The notes beneath the pieces were generated by a model. It worked only from the letters and a program-made list of their open reading frames with translations. It was not told where the DNA came from and ran no database searches. From Antedon mediterranea (lineage: Eukaryota > Animalia > Echinodermata), in NCBI RefSeq assembly GCF_964355755.1, contig NC_092680.1, positions 7,006,001 through 7,070,000 of the forward strand: a stretch of 64,000 bases of DNA, given 5' to 3'. The translations under genes and the position numbers were made by a program. Position 1 is the stretch's first letter; each line of letters starts with the position of its first letter. This document shows, one piece after another, positions 54,801 to 64,000 of this stretch.

Positions 54801-57800
54801 AAATCTAAATTTTACAGCATCTGTACGAGCTTTCGTAGAGACGTATTAATGAACATGTACAAAACAATACATCGATATAACCTTACCGACGCACTTGCGT
54901 TTTCCAGGATTGTATTCTAAGCCAAGTTTTTTACATCTACAGCTACAAGATACGGGGTCCAGCCTGCTTCCACCTTTACACTTCAAATCACAAACTGTAT
55001 TAATAGACGTAGTAATATTAGGTAAGTTAAAGTCAGTATCAGATTTATTTGCTAATTAGATATCGGTATTATAGGGTAAAACGCGTTAAAGAGCTTCGGC
55101 TCATTGCATACCTGTTTTGTATCAAATACGTTTTCTGTTTATTATGATTTAGATTAAACTTATAGAAATATTCTTGTGAAAGAAAAATACTGTATATATA
55201 TATATATTCTGTTGATACAAATAAATGGTACGTATAGTACCGAGAATGATGAGATGTAGGCCTAAATGAAAACAGAGAGCAAATAATAAAGGTGGGCGGG
55301 CTGTTCCAAGACAAAAACAAAAAGTCAGACAAGGTTTGTTTTCGTATCCCAGTCCTAACCCTCATCGATTGCATTAGTCTTTTCTATGGAAAACAGTACA
55401 CATATCTAACCCAGATAACAATTTAAATTGTGTATAATATATTTTTAATTTTAAATGTGAAAAATTAATAGGTAAACTGAAGTTTTTGAGGGAAGTTGCT
55501 AAACGTATAAAAGTATCAAACATACCACTTCCATCAGCACCAGGTTTCTGGGGAAAAAAAGAATTCAAACCATTACCTTAAAGTGAATATAATGTAGGCC
55601 TACATTGATCACTTACTCATAACAAAAAAAACAAAGATGATGAATTAACTCAGGGGTGATTATCATTATTGGTGTGTGGTGTGGTATTAATTTCATTTGA
55701 ATATACCATACAAGGGTGATGCGACACTTTGTAATTGCTTTTGTTTATCTGTTTTTGTATATCTCAAAGCAAACATAATTGATATAACCACGGAGTAAAG
55801 AATAATTATTCTTTACTTCATGATATAACATATATGTTATATGCAAATGACAATAAATGGAAGTAATTTTGCACTGATAAATGAATGAATGAATAGTGTG
55901 TATGAAAAGAATTAAATAAACTGATTCAGTGCAAAGCAAAGTACTGTCTGCTGAATCTATTACACTCGATGCTAAGAATATCAGGTATAGTCAATTTAAA
56001 TTATGAACTAACAGTAAACGAAGTCATGACTTCATTACGAACACCAACTGAGACTTAACCCCTCTTCCACAGTTTCTTAATTGATTGAACTCAGTTCAGA
56101 ATCATTAGTGCGCGCTGTGTATTGGCGTGATAATAGAAAAACCATCAGTAACGCCGTTATGTGGATATTGACTCACGAGGTGCATTTATAGAGGAAGGAG
56201 TGTTCCACCTCATCTCATGTGCCTGTCGTCAGCTTAAAATAAAGAAATGCAAATCATACAATGTTTATTTAGTTAAGTACGGTACTATATTATCAAGCAT
56301 AGTCTGTAGTATAAGTAGTATCTTAACTCGAGTCAATAAGCGCTCTGTACACGATATGCAGATTGTTTTCAAGTACATTTTAAGAAAATACCACTGTGTA
56401 TTTCCATCTTGGTTCTATTAATTATTTAACACTACACTTCTACTGTTGTATGTCGTCTGGGTAAACGGTTGCCTACCGATTGGGATTAGGCCTAGGCCTA
56501 TCTGCGAAGCTATTTTATTTTATGTCTATATATAGAGTTTCTAATTATTCTGGTTTGGTTTGCCTGTTTATCCTTAAAAGCGAATTTCTTGATGGAAAAC
56601 ATCAGAAAAATTACGAAGCAATATTATGCAACTTTTGTGCCTGGCCGATAAACGATCTACTAAATTAATATTGGAAACTTATCTTACTTATACAGCAATA
56701 ATTATAATCATAACGCTACGGTTGAATGAATTGTAAGATATTAAAACGGAGACATTGACGAAGACAATGATGAAACTGGCTACGGCTTAAATAATTGTTA
56801 CATCCTATTTTAGCTAACAACTTCCTAAAGATCAAAATATTAATCCAATGCAAAATCGGGTATAGGTTATATGAAATACAGGCATACCCTACTATTTTTA
56901 TTTAGGGCGTTAAATAAAAACATGTCACAGATTGTGGTTGGGATTTCGAAAAAGTGTATTTTGGCCTGCAAATTCAGGGAAGAATAGACGCTTTGCGTTT
57001 CCTTTGGTGTTACTAAAGGGAAGAGTGAATCCATGATGCTACAAACACAATTGGAACTCAGTGCGCAATTGTGGTAGTGATGTGGGTAACTGATTTCGTC
57101 CTAAAAAGTGCTCGAATGTTCACGGAATCTTACTGGTCATCCTGATTCTTGATTTTATTGTGATAGAATTGTCCAGGATAAATTTTGTTATTTCTTTCAT
57201 TCGCTGAAATATAAAAAAATCTAATATACGTTCTACCTTCCTGTCTTACTCACTGTACTCACATACAAGTTGCACGTGGAACTCATTAAAAAACAAACAT
57301 AAGTTTTACCCATGGCGGTAATCAAGTACACACACACATCACAGGGGTCGTATAGGACTGCACTGTCTCCCTTGGCACCGTCCATGAACCACACATAATA
57401 ATATGTTATATGTGTATTCATTCAATAATTTATAATACTCAATTATTACTGAGTATTCATGTTCAATCTGTCTTAATGGAATATAAGCATGCAATAGCAA
57501 ATCTATTATACATACACACTATGGGTACTTAAAATACTACAGTATTTCAGTATAAAGCCGTTGACACAATACTATATACTTAATAATGCATCCATGATAA
57601 TCTGTTTATAGAAAAAGTTACATACAGTACATGCTACTTTAAAACACAAAATTAAGAAAATTCATATTAGCCTTAAATAATGTATAGGTCTAACGTTATC
57701 AATATCACTACTTCTATCAAATAGAGATACAAGACGTAAAGTTGTACTTTAGTACCGTAGAACTTCTATTAAGGGGACACCTTAGGACCCAACAGGAGTT

Positions 57801-58098
57801 TCCAAAATTAGGGTTCTGCTTTTTTTATAATTTTCGTCAAATAAGGAAAAACAAATATTTTAAAATGTACTATTTGTCTGGTGGTCTTTTTACATTTGAC
57901 CTATTTCCAACCCTAAATCGTTTAATTCAGGAACAATTAAGTTTTCCTTACAAAAGTTGTATGCGACCTTTATGACAATAGTATTCCTATGTATCTCTGT
58001 ACCGGAAGAAAACTGACACTTACTTTACTTGGATTATCAGTAGCACCAGCACCAATACACATGCTCATAACTAATATTGCATTCAAGAATAATCCCAT
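42773..58098 (-). CDS. Multi-exon secreted mosaic protein: SP, 3x(Cys-rich module + cbEGF), 2x LDLa, ShK, zincin-like domain (HNLAH), acidic linker, 3x ShK
   Basis: Exons with AG/GT boundaries and phase-1 introns: 54994-54887, 54504-54361, 53751-53641, 51503-51360, 50552-50445, 49748-49611, 48939-48820, 48300-48181, 47572-47444, 46094-45318, 45038-44916, 43891-43721, 43517-43407 and 42885-42773 (stop TAA). Candidate first exon 58098-58024. The 5' linkage and the 47444-46094 junction are inferred. Confidence 0.72.
43407..43517 (-). CDS. Exon, ShK domain
   Basis: [36 protein letters not shown], phase 1-1. Confidence 0.88.
43721..43891 (-). CDS. Exon, ShK domain plus Thr/Pro linker
   Basis: [35 protein letters not shown]..., donor GTAAGT. 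Confidence 0.9.
43933..44315. mobile_element. Possible hAT-like MITE
   Basis: Imperfect TIRs CAGACTTCCCAACT / AGTTGGAAGGTTTG and subterminal ATCGGGAG repeats; no clean TSD. Confidence 0.4.
44335..44870 (-). mobile_element. 3' fragment of CR1-group LINE (intronic)
   Basis: YTRQK...[14 protein letters not shown]...FKIKYK C-terminus and a GGGGG...CCCCC 3' stem-loop. Confidence 0.65.
44916..45038 (-). CDS. Exon, MNCDG motif plus poly-acidic linker
   Basis: [40 protein letters not shown], phase 1-1; homologous MDCDG exon at 63277-63372. Confidence 0.82.
45318..46094 (-). CDS. 777-bp exon, zincin-like metallopeptidase domain with E-to-N substitution
   Basis: [62 protein letters not shown]. Confidence 0.9.
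47149..47328. mobile_element. Near-perfect palindromic Harbinger-like MITE
   Basis: AGGGTCTTTCACACCTGTTCCGGCACGGTTCCGGTCCGGC inverted at the other end; flanked by TAA. Confidence 0.8.
47444..47572 (-). CDS. Exon, ShK domain
   Basis: [36 protein letters not shown], donor GTGAGT. Confidence 0.88.
48181..48300 (-). CDS. Exon, LDL-receptor class A domain
   Basis: [36 protein letters not shown]. Confidence 0.9.
48820..48939 (-). CDS. Exon, LDL-receptor class A domain
   Basis: [35 protein letters not shown]; the last Cys codon is completed (T|GC) by splicing to 48300. Confidence 0.9.
49390..49568. mobile_element. Small TIR MITE
   Basis: CAGTGGCCGTATTCACCA / TGGTAAATACGGCCACTG inverted ends. Confidence 0.65.
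49611..49748 (-). CDS. Exon, calcium-binding EGF
   Basis: [41 protein letters not shown]. Confidence 0.88.
50445..50552 (-). CDS. Exon, EGF-like Cys-rich (CxCxC) module
   Basis: [35 protein letters not shown], phase 1-1. Confidence 0.82.
50709..50862. mobile_element. Harbinger-like MITE (inverted copy 51083-51263; partial copies 41844-41942, 47770-47845, 63390-63505)
   Basis: TIR GGTTCCCACTAG...CTAGTGGGAACC, internal ACGCAACGCAAG repeats, TAA/TTA flanks. Confidence 0.8.
51360..51503 (-). CDS. Exon, calcium-binding EGF
   Basis: [40 protein letters not shown]. Confidence 0.9.
53641..53751 (-). CDS. Exon, EGF-like Cys-rich (CxCxC) module
   Basis: [36 protein letters not shown], donor GTAAG. 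Confidence 0.82.
54361..54504 (-). CDS. Exon, calcium-binding EGF
   Basis: [41 protein letters not shown]; donor chosen to keep phase 1. Confidence 0.82.
54887..54994 (-). CDS. Exon, EGF-like Cys-rich (CxCxC) module
   Basis: [35 protein letters not shown], phase 1-1. Confidence 0.82.
58024..58098 (-). CDS. Candidate first coding exon (signal peptide)
   Basis: [25 protein letters not shown] followed by GTAAGT; hydrophobic core with a small-residue cleavage site. Confidence 0.6.
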
Positions 58099-60555
58099 AA
58101 TGTTGCGGTAATAATATTGCCGGACTGCGGTTCCCTTCCCAGAGCAATGTTACCACGGTACACCATCGACTGCAGCCAGTGGGTTATTGGGCTGCTCAGA
58201 TCGTACTTCACTTACTTTGCGTCTCATATGACTGCAGCGACGACCTTTCTCCGTCCTGTATTTGTGCCTCACGACTTAAATACGTATTGCGCTGTGACGT
58301 AGAACGTCCCTATAGTGGATTGTGGCGTCATGCTTCAGCTGGATATCTTCCTGTGTATAAGTAAGTTTAGGGACAAACCCTATAATAATATGAGGTAATA
58401 TTTAATTCAATTCAATTATTTTATTTCGTCAAGCACTCTGGCTCGAAAATTGTCTTGCTTGTCACGTATATAAAAACATTAAAAATATGATAAAATGGCT
58501 AAAATACAAACAGTGCGACACCAAGAGGTACAATACAAAATTACATAAGGTTAAAACATTGCAATAGTAAAATAGTAAAAAATATCATAAAAATCTCCAA
58601 TATTTTAAAGATACTTTAAATAGTCTGATCTAAGTATTTAAAATAAACATTTAAAAACTTAATCCAACAATTTAAACTACTGACGTTCTTTCACCTTAAA
58701 GGCCAGGTGCGGGCAAAACATTTCTATTGATCATACATTCCAATAATTATCGATCTATAGTTTCCCCTATGTTTCATAATTTTTGGGATTTTATTTGTGT
58801 TACACGAGCTTGTTGAAAATAAGCCCTTTCTTATCAGTGGGGGGATAGTTCAAATTACACAGTAAAATCTCTATTCTTTTGTACACAAATTTTGTAAATA
58901 GAGAGGCATTTTAAAAAGCTATGAAAAATAAATGGTGTGGTAAAAAATGTTATCGGATGACTAAATATAGGTAATATAACTTGAATATTACATTTCTGAT
59001 ATTTTTATTCAACTTCAGATTTTTATTTTCATGCTATAGCAAAAATTATCCACCGTATATCCACCATCTTTTTTCACCGTCTAGGGAGTCACCAGACATG
59101 TTATTACATTAGGTTAACTACCTAACTACTGAAAAAAAGTCTTCCTGGTTTTTATGGAAGAATTTTGCCAAATTTTGTATTTGACCATATTAAAGGAAAT
59201 TCATATTTTTTCGTCTCGATTTCTGTTACAAATATTTGATTTATGTACAATTATCCAAATATTATATTTAATATTCATGCCTGTACCTGAGCTTTAAAAC
59301 CCCATTTTGGTAGAGTGAAAATTCTCGTCTCAACCGATCAACCGAGTTGATCAACATTTGCATATTATAGACTGGTGATATTATATGGTAATAAAGTATA
59401 AAGATCTGCGACAAAAATAGGAATTGGGACAAATATTGGTATTTGTACTTATTTCAATCAGGTAGATGTAACATCAACAGAATGGCTAGATGATCGATGC
59501 TGCGTGTAACCCTTCAGATGATGGGATACGTGAAATCATGTAACTATAATAACCTTTGTTTTTATCACCTGAATGCAAAAATCGTAATGTCCAGTATATC
59601 TAAGATCTTTGAGATCATTTTGGCTGCACAGAGGGCGTCACAACTAATACAATTGGTCTCTGGATTCTCTACAAATAAAAAAGTACCATTTTCATATTAG
59701 GGCTACAACGCGAAAGCAAAAAAAAATTTAGAATATGGAATGCCGAGAGTGCCTTCTGTAGATCAAGTTAACTTGACCGTTACGGTACAATCTAAAATTG
59801 ATGGAGAAACACATCATACTTCATTTAATGGCAATTTCACGATTGAAATCACGATTTAATATGTTGACGTCACTGGTCAAAGATAAATATTTGAATATAT
59901 TGGTTTTAGTTAGTAATTGTTTTATCAAATACATTTCAGTTATTTCAAATGTAAACAAGTGTATTGTATTCAGTTAGGAATATATCTATGGCTATTTATT
60001 GTGAGTGGTTATTATCTTAACAAGACGTAGGCCTATTACCCCCGATTCAATGGTGCATGTGTTTTGTAATAAATCATCACTGTTTTGTTTCATCTGACCA
60101 TGAAGAAAATTAATATCTGTGATGTTGGTATCTTTGTAATTGTCTACTAACCATTAGTTGAACGATCGCTTTCAACAAATTCCCAAGCAATAAACCAAAA
60201 TCGAAATACTTCTTCTTAATCATTTTAACAGGCGACATCGAACGAATCATTATCTTAAAATGCATTGCAAATTTGTTTTTAGTGTTTTTATTGCACTTTT
60301 TAGTGAAGCAATGATGACACAGGCTATTCTTAATTGTAAGTAATAATTTGTATAATGTATTTAAAGTGGATTTTGCTTTTATTTTTTTAAATAGTTCTAT
60401 CATAACGTCCATGGAGAAATAATTATTTCTCCATGTAACGTCTAATGGTTTACTAAGTAACAAGTTGCTAAGTGTATATCGTCGTCAAATCATCATTTAT
60501 TTCAAATACTGTACAATGTAACAAACATCCCAGGTCACAGCTTGGAGGACCAATC

Positions 60556-61036
60556 ATGCAGGGCAAAACAAGACAACAATTAACAAGACATATCATATGC
60601 AGGGCAAAACAAGACAACAATTAACAAGACATATCATATGCAGGGCAAAACAAGACAACAATTAACAAGACATATCATATGCAGGGCAAAACAAGACAAC
60701 AATTAACAAGACATATCATATGCAGGGCAAAACAAGACAACAATTAACAAGACATATCATATGCAGGGCAAAACAAGACAACAATTAACAAGACATATCA
60801 TATGCAGGGCAAAACAAGACAACAATTAACAAGACATATCATATGCAGGGCAAAACAAGACAACAATTAACAAGACATATCATATGCAGGGCAAAACAAG
60901 ACAACAATTAACAAGACATATCATATGCAGGGCAAAACAAGACAACAATTAACAAGACATATCATATGCAGGGCAAAACAAGACAACAATTAACAAGACA
61001 TATCATATGCAGGGCAAAACAAGACAACAATTAACA
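60556..61036 (+). repeat. 41-bp minisatellite, ~11.7 apparently identical copies
   Basis: ATGCAGGGCAAAACAAGACAACAATTAACAAGACATATCAT repeated at 41-bp spacing. Confidence 0.97.
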
Positions 61037-61104
61037 TCGCTTGCTTTTGACGTATAGTTTCCATTTTTGTTTTTGATGCTCAAATTCAATTGAGCATGGT
61101 TCCC

Positions 61105-61255
61105 ACATCGTAACAGTTTAGACAGTCCATCGTGCGACAGTTCGGACAGTCCATCGTGCGACAGTTAGGATAGTCCATCGTGCGACAGTTCAGACAGTCA
61201 ATTGCGCGACATATCGGACAGTCCATCGCGCAAAAGTTCGGACAGTCCATCGCGT
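61105..61255 (+). repeat. Degenerate 24-bp tandem repeat (~6 copies)
   Basis: CGGACAGTCCATCGTGCGACAGTT units. Confidence 0.8.
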
Positions 61256-61379
61256 CGTTGCTTGGCAACCAAGCTTGACATACGAATTTCGTACAAGTGA
61301 CAATAACATAATAATATGCAATATTCTTCCATTTATAATTTTTAGTAAATTTTTATCATTTTCATGATTTTTTTTATAG

Positions 61380-62171
61380 CAAAATTGTTTCGATCTAAAC
61401 GTAAAGCTGCCGAGTGTATTCCTCGAGGAGACGCACTTTCTGATTCCATATGTGACCGTGTGATCCCGATACCGGACAACATACGGGAAGAGTTTAGCCT
61501 AGACTCCTTTTATCACAATTATACCCACGCTTACGGAATACCTATTCTGTCATCAGGAGCCGTGTCGGAAAATGCGATGTTACGAGCATGCTACACCGTC
61601 CGGTTTATGCTCGCCGATCGACAAGATGTTCGGAATGCTATGCACAACAATTGCGCACGTGTTTCAGTCATTGGATTGAAAGAAGTTACCAACCAAATCC
61701 CGGAATATTCTCACTTAGATGACAGTACAAACGACCGTGCTCGTGGTATTGGAGGAACATTGAAAAACCCCGTGACAACAGTAGGCGAAGAAAATCTGAA
61801 AAATTTGAACTACACAATAGACAGGTGGCATAATGAGGATATAGGAGTTCATGAGTTTGCTCACGCAATTCACAAGATCGGCATGAATACCATTGATTCT
61901 AAATTTAACACACGTATGAGAGACGCATACTTAGCTGCAAAGGCAGCAGGACTCTGGAATAAAACATATGCGCAAAGCAACAAGCAGGAGTATTTCGCTG
62001 AAGGAGTACAGAAGTTCTTTAGTGTCGATGTTGTTCAAGAACACACCGATGGTGTTCACAATAACATCAGTAATCGATCAGAACTCTTTGATTATGACAT
62101 CGGTCTTTACAATTTGGCCTTAGAAACATTTCCATGCGCAAACATCATTGTTCCAAGAGAAGACGATCAAT
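61380..62171 (+). CDS. 792-bp exon, zincin-like metallopeptidase paralog with intact HEXXH
   Basis: [70 protein letters not shown]; TAG acceptor and GTAGGT donor, phase 1-1; colinear with 45318-46094. Confidence 0.9.
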
Positions 62172-63276
62172 GTAGGTATAAAAAAAAATTAAAAAAATAT
62201 GTGTACTTTTTACAAATTAATTTTTTTATTTTTATTTTTTTTATTTTATTCATTTCCCAACCAACAGTGAGCTTATGGTTCACCACTTACAGGAGGATCC
62301 CTACCTGCACCCAATGGGTCTGGCCTATATAGTGCATTATTTGGTAATACTTAACTGGACTGGGTTATGTGATACATAGAATACAAAACACCACTACTAA
62401 CCTAAGCAAAATAGGTCGTAGGCCTATAATGACGACAAAACAGTATGTCAAAAAAGTGATACAAATATTCTTTATCTGTGTATTTATATATATACATATT
62501 CATGATAAATACTTGGTGTCTAATAAGAGTGATATGGCTTAATTTGAGTTTGAAAGCTTCTTATTCATCTTCCACCGCCTTGTTTCTGCTCGACTTGAAC
62601 AAGATAACACAGCTAAGTAGGCGTAATTAATGTAACGTTGTTTTCACATTCAGTTAGGCCTATGGTATGATAATATGTTAATAATTCATTGCTACTTTCA
62701 CAGATGGTACTGTTGTATGTAGATTTAAATAAGTTGCCATCCTGTAAAGAGCTTCTTTCTTCTGCTATAATAAAAAGCAAATGGAATAATCACATAAAGC
62801 TCTGTCAAATTGTTTGACAAAAAAGTGTGATGTGCCCAAATATGTCAGTGATAATTTATGATGATATTTTTTTTCACATAAAGTTTGATAGTGTAAACAG
62901 AGCTTAACACCAAAATAATTGCATCAAAACAACAATTATTTATCTTTTTTTTTAATATCGAACTGGAAGTCAATGGGTTTTTGGTTAAATTTAATTTGGC
63001 CTATTAAAAGTTTGATTTTGTATTTTTCATTTTTTTGGTGGGGGGGGGGGGGGGTGTGAAAACTACATCTTTAGGCCTAATTATACAATGTTGAATATAT
63101 TGACAAAATAAAAAACATTAGTGCTAGATTTTAAGTATAAGGTATATCTAATCATGGTTACGATACAGCAACATATTTAACAGGAGGAAACCATTACCAA
63201 ACTTCATCACTAATATAATAATCTTATGCGACTACATATAACCCTTTAAAAATGAAATACTGTTTATATTATCAAG

Positions 63277-63372
63277 CATTGATAGAGACACAAGAATTGA
63301 AAATGGATTGTGATGGGACACCTACTACTACTAAACAGACTACAACTGATGCACACACGACCACTATCATGG
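63277..63372 (+). CDS. Next exon of the plus-strand paralog (MDCDG plus Thr-rich linker)
   Basis: LIETQELKMDCDGTPTTTKQTTTDAHTTTIM, AG acceptor and GTAAGT donor; homologous to exon 44916-45038. Confidence 0.78.
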
Positions 63373-64000
63373 GTAAGTAATATTCATAAAGCATCTGCAC
63401 GCAATGCAACGACGTAAAGCGCACAACTCACGTGACCATCCGAACTATTGCTTGCGATAAGTCAACTAACTTGCGTTGCGCCTACGTTGTTGTGAATCAA
63501 ACTTAAATCTGGTAATCACTATACTTTTAAATAGTCTGGGTTCCAGGCGGAGTTTTGACTTAATATTAGTTAAAAGATAAATTTTTTGGCACATATGGCG
63601 TTTCATACGTGCACTACTTGGAGCTTGTATTTCAGACAAACATCGAAAAGCCTCGAAAAAAATAACTACAGACTTTGGGCAAGTCTCCTTGCTCTGGGTT
63701 TATTATATTATATTTAAAATACAAACTTCACAACATTGATAATAACCCCACGTCAAACAGATTCCAAGCACAAGCGTCGTGAAATGAGCTCATGACATAA
63801 GTGGTGCGATATGACTTTTTTTTCAATTTTTAAAAGATATAAAAATGTCACTTTGAAGCATTTTTAGGACCCCCAAGTCATTGCAGATCAGCTCCTATAT
63901 CATTAAAAATAGTCCTGTACACTACTTTCTAAAACGACGTTTGCCGATTCTGTATCTATATACCCTTTATACATTTCCGTGGTAAATATTTATGGGGAAC

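Noticed and set aside
55526-57203. Candidate small minus-strand exons 57203-57134 and 55547-55526
   Set aside because: Each has plausible splice sites and phase 0-1, but both cannot be chained without another exon and there is no domain signal to choose between them; left out of the model.

Overview
AT-rich, intron-containing animal genomic DNA, probably from a marine invertebrate (inferred from SINE type and protein domains; the taxon cannot be fixed from sequence alone). The left part (~5-39 kb) is a dense nest of repeats. It holds a 68-bp hairpin satellite with higher-order structure, fused to a decayed Helentron (Rep + PIF1 helicase + AP endonuclease), and two families of non-autonomous Helentron derivatives (HINE/DINE-like). 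It also holds a ~10-kb tandem segmental duplication whose two copies carry different insertions (Tx1/L1, L2 containing a solo LTR, CR1-like, HINE, foldback), so several insertions can be seen as paired empty and filled sites. A minimal Penelope-type hammerhead ribozyme lies at ~4.9 kb. The right part (~42-64 kb) holds a multi-exon minus-strand gene for a secreted mosaic protein: signal peptide, 3x[Cys-rich module + cbEGF], 2x LDLa, ShK, a zincin domain with HNLAH, an acidic linker and 3x ShK. Head-to-head with it is a plus-strand paralog whose bacterial-like zincin domain keeps an intact HEFAH motif and an RSKR furin-like site. All calls were made by eye, and exon chains were assembled manually from splice sites and phases.
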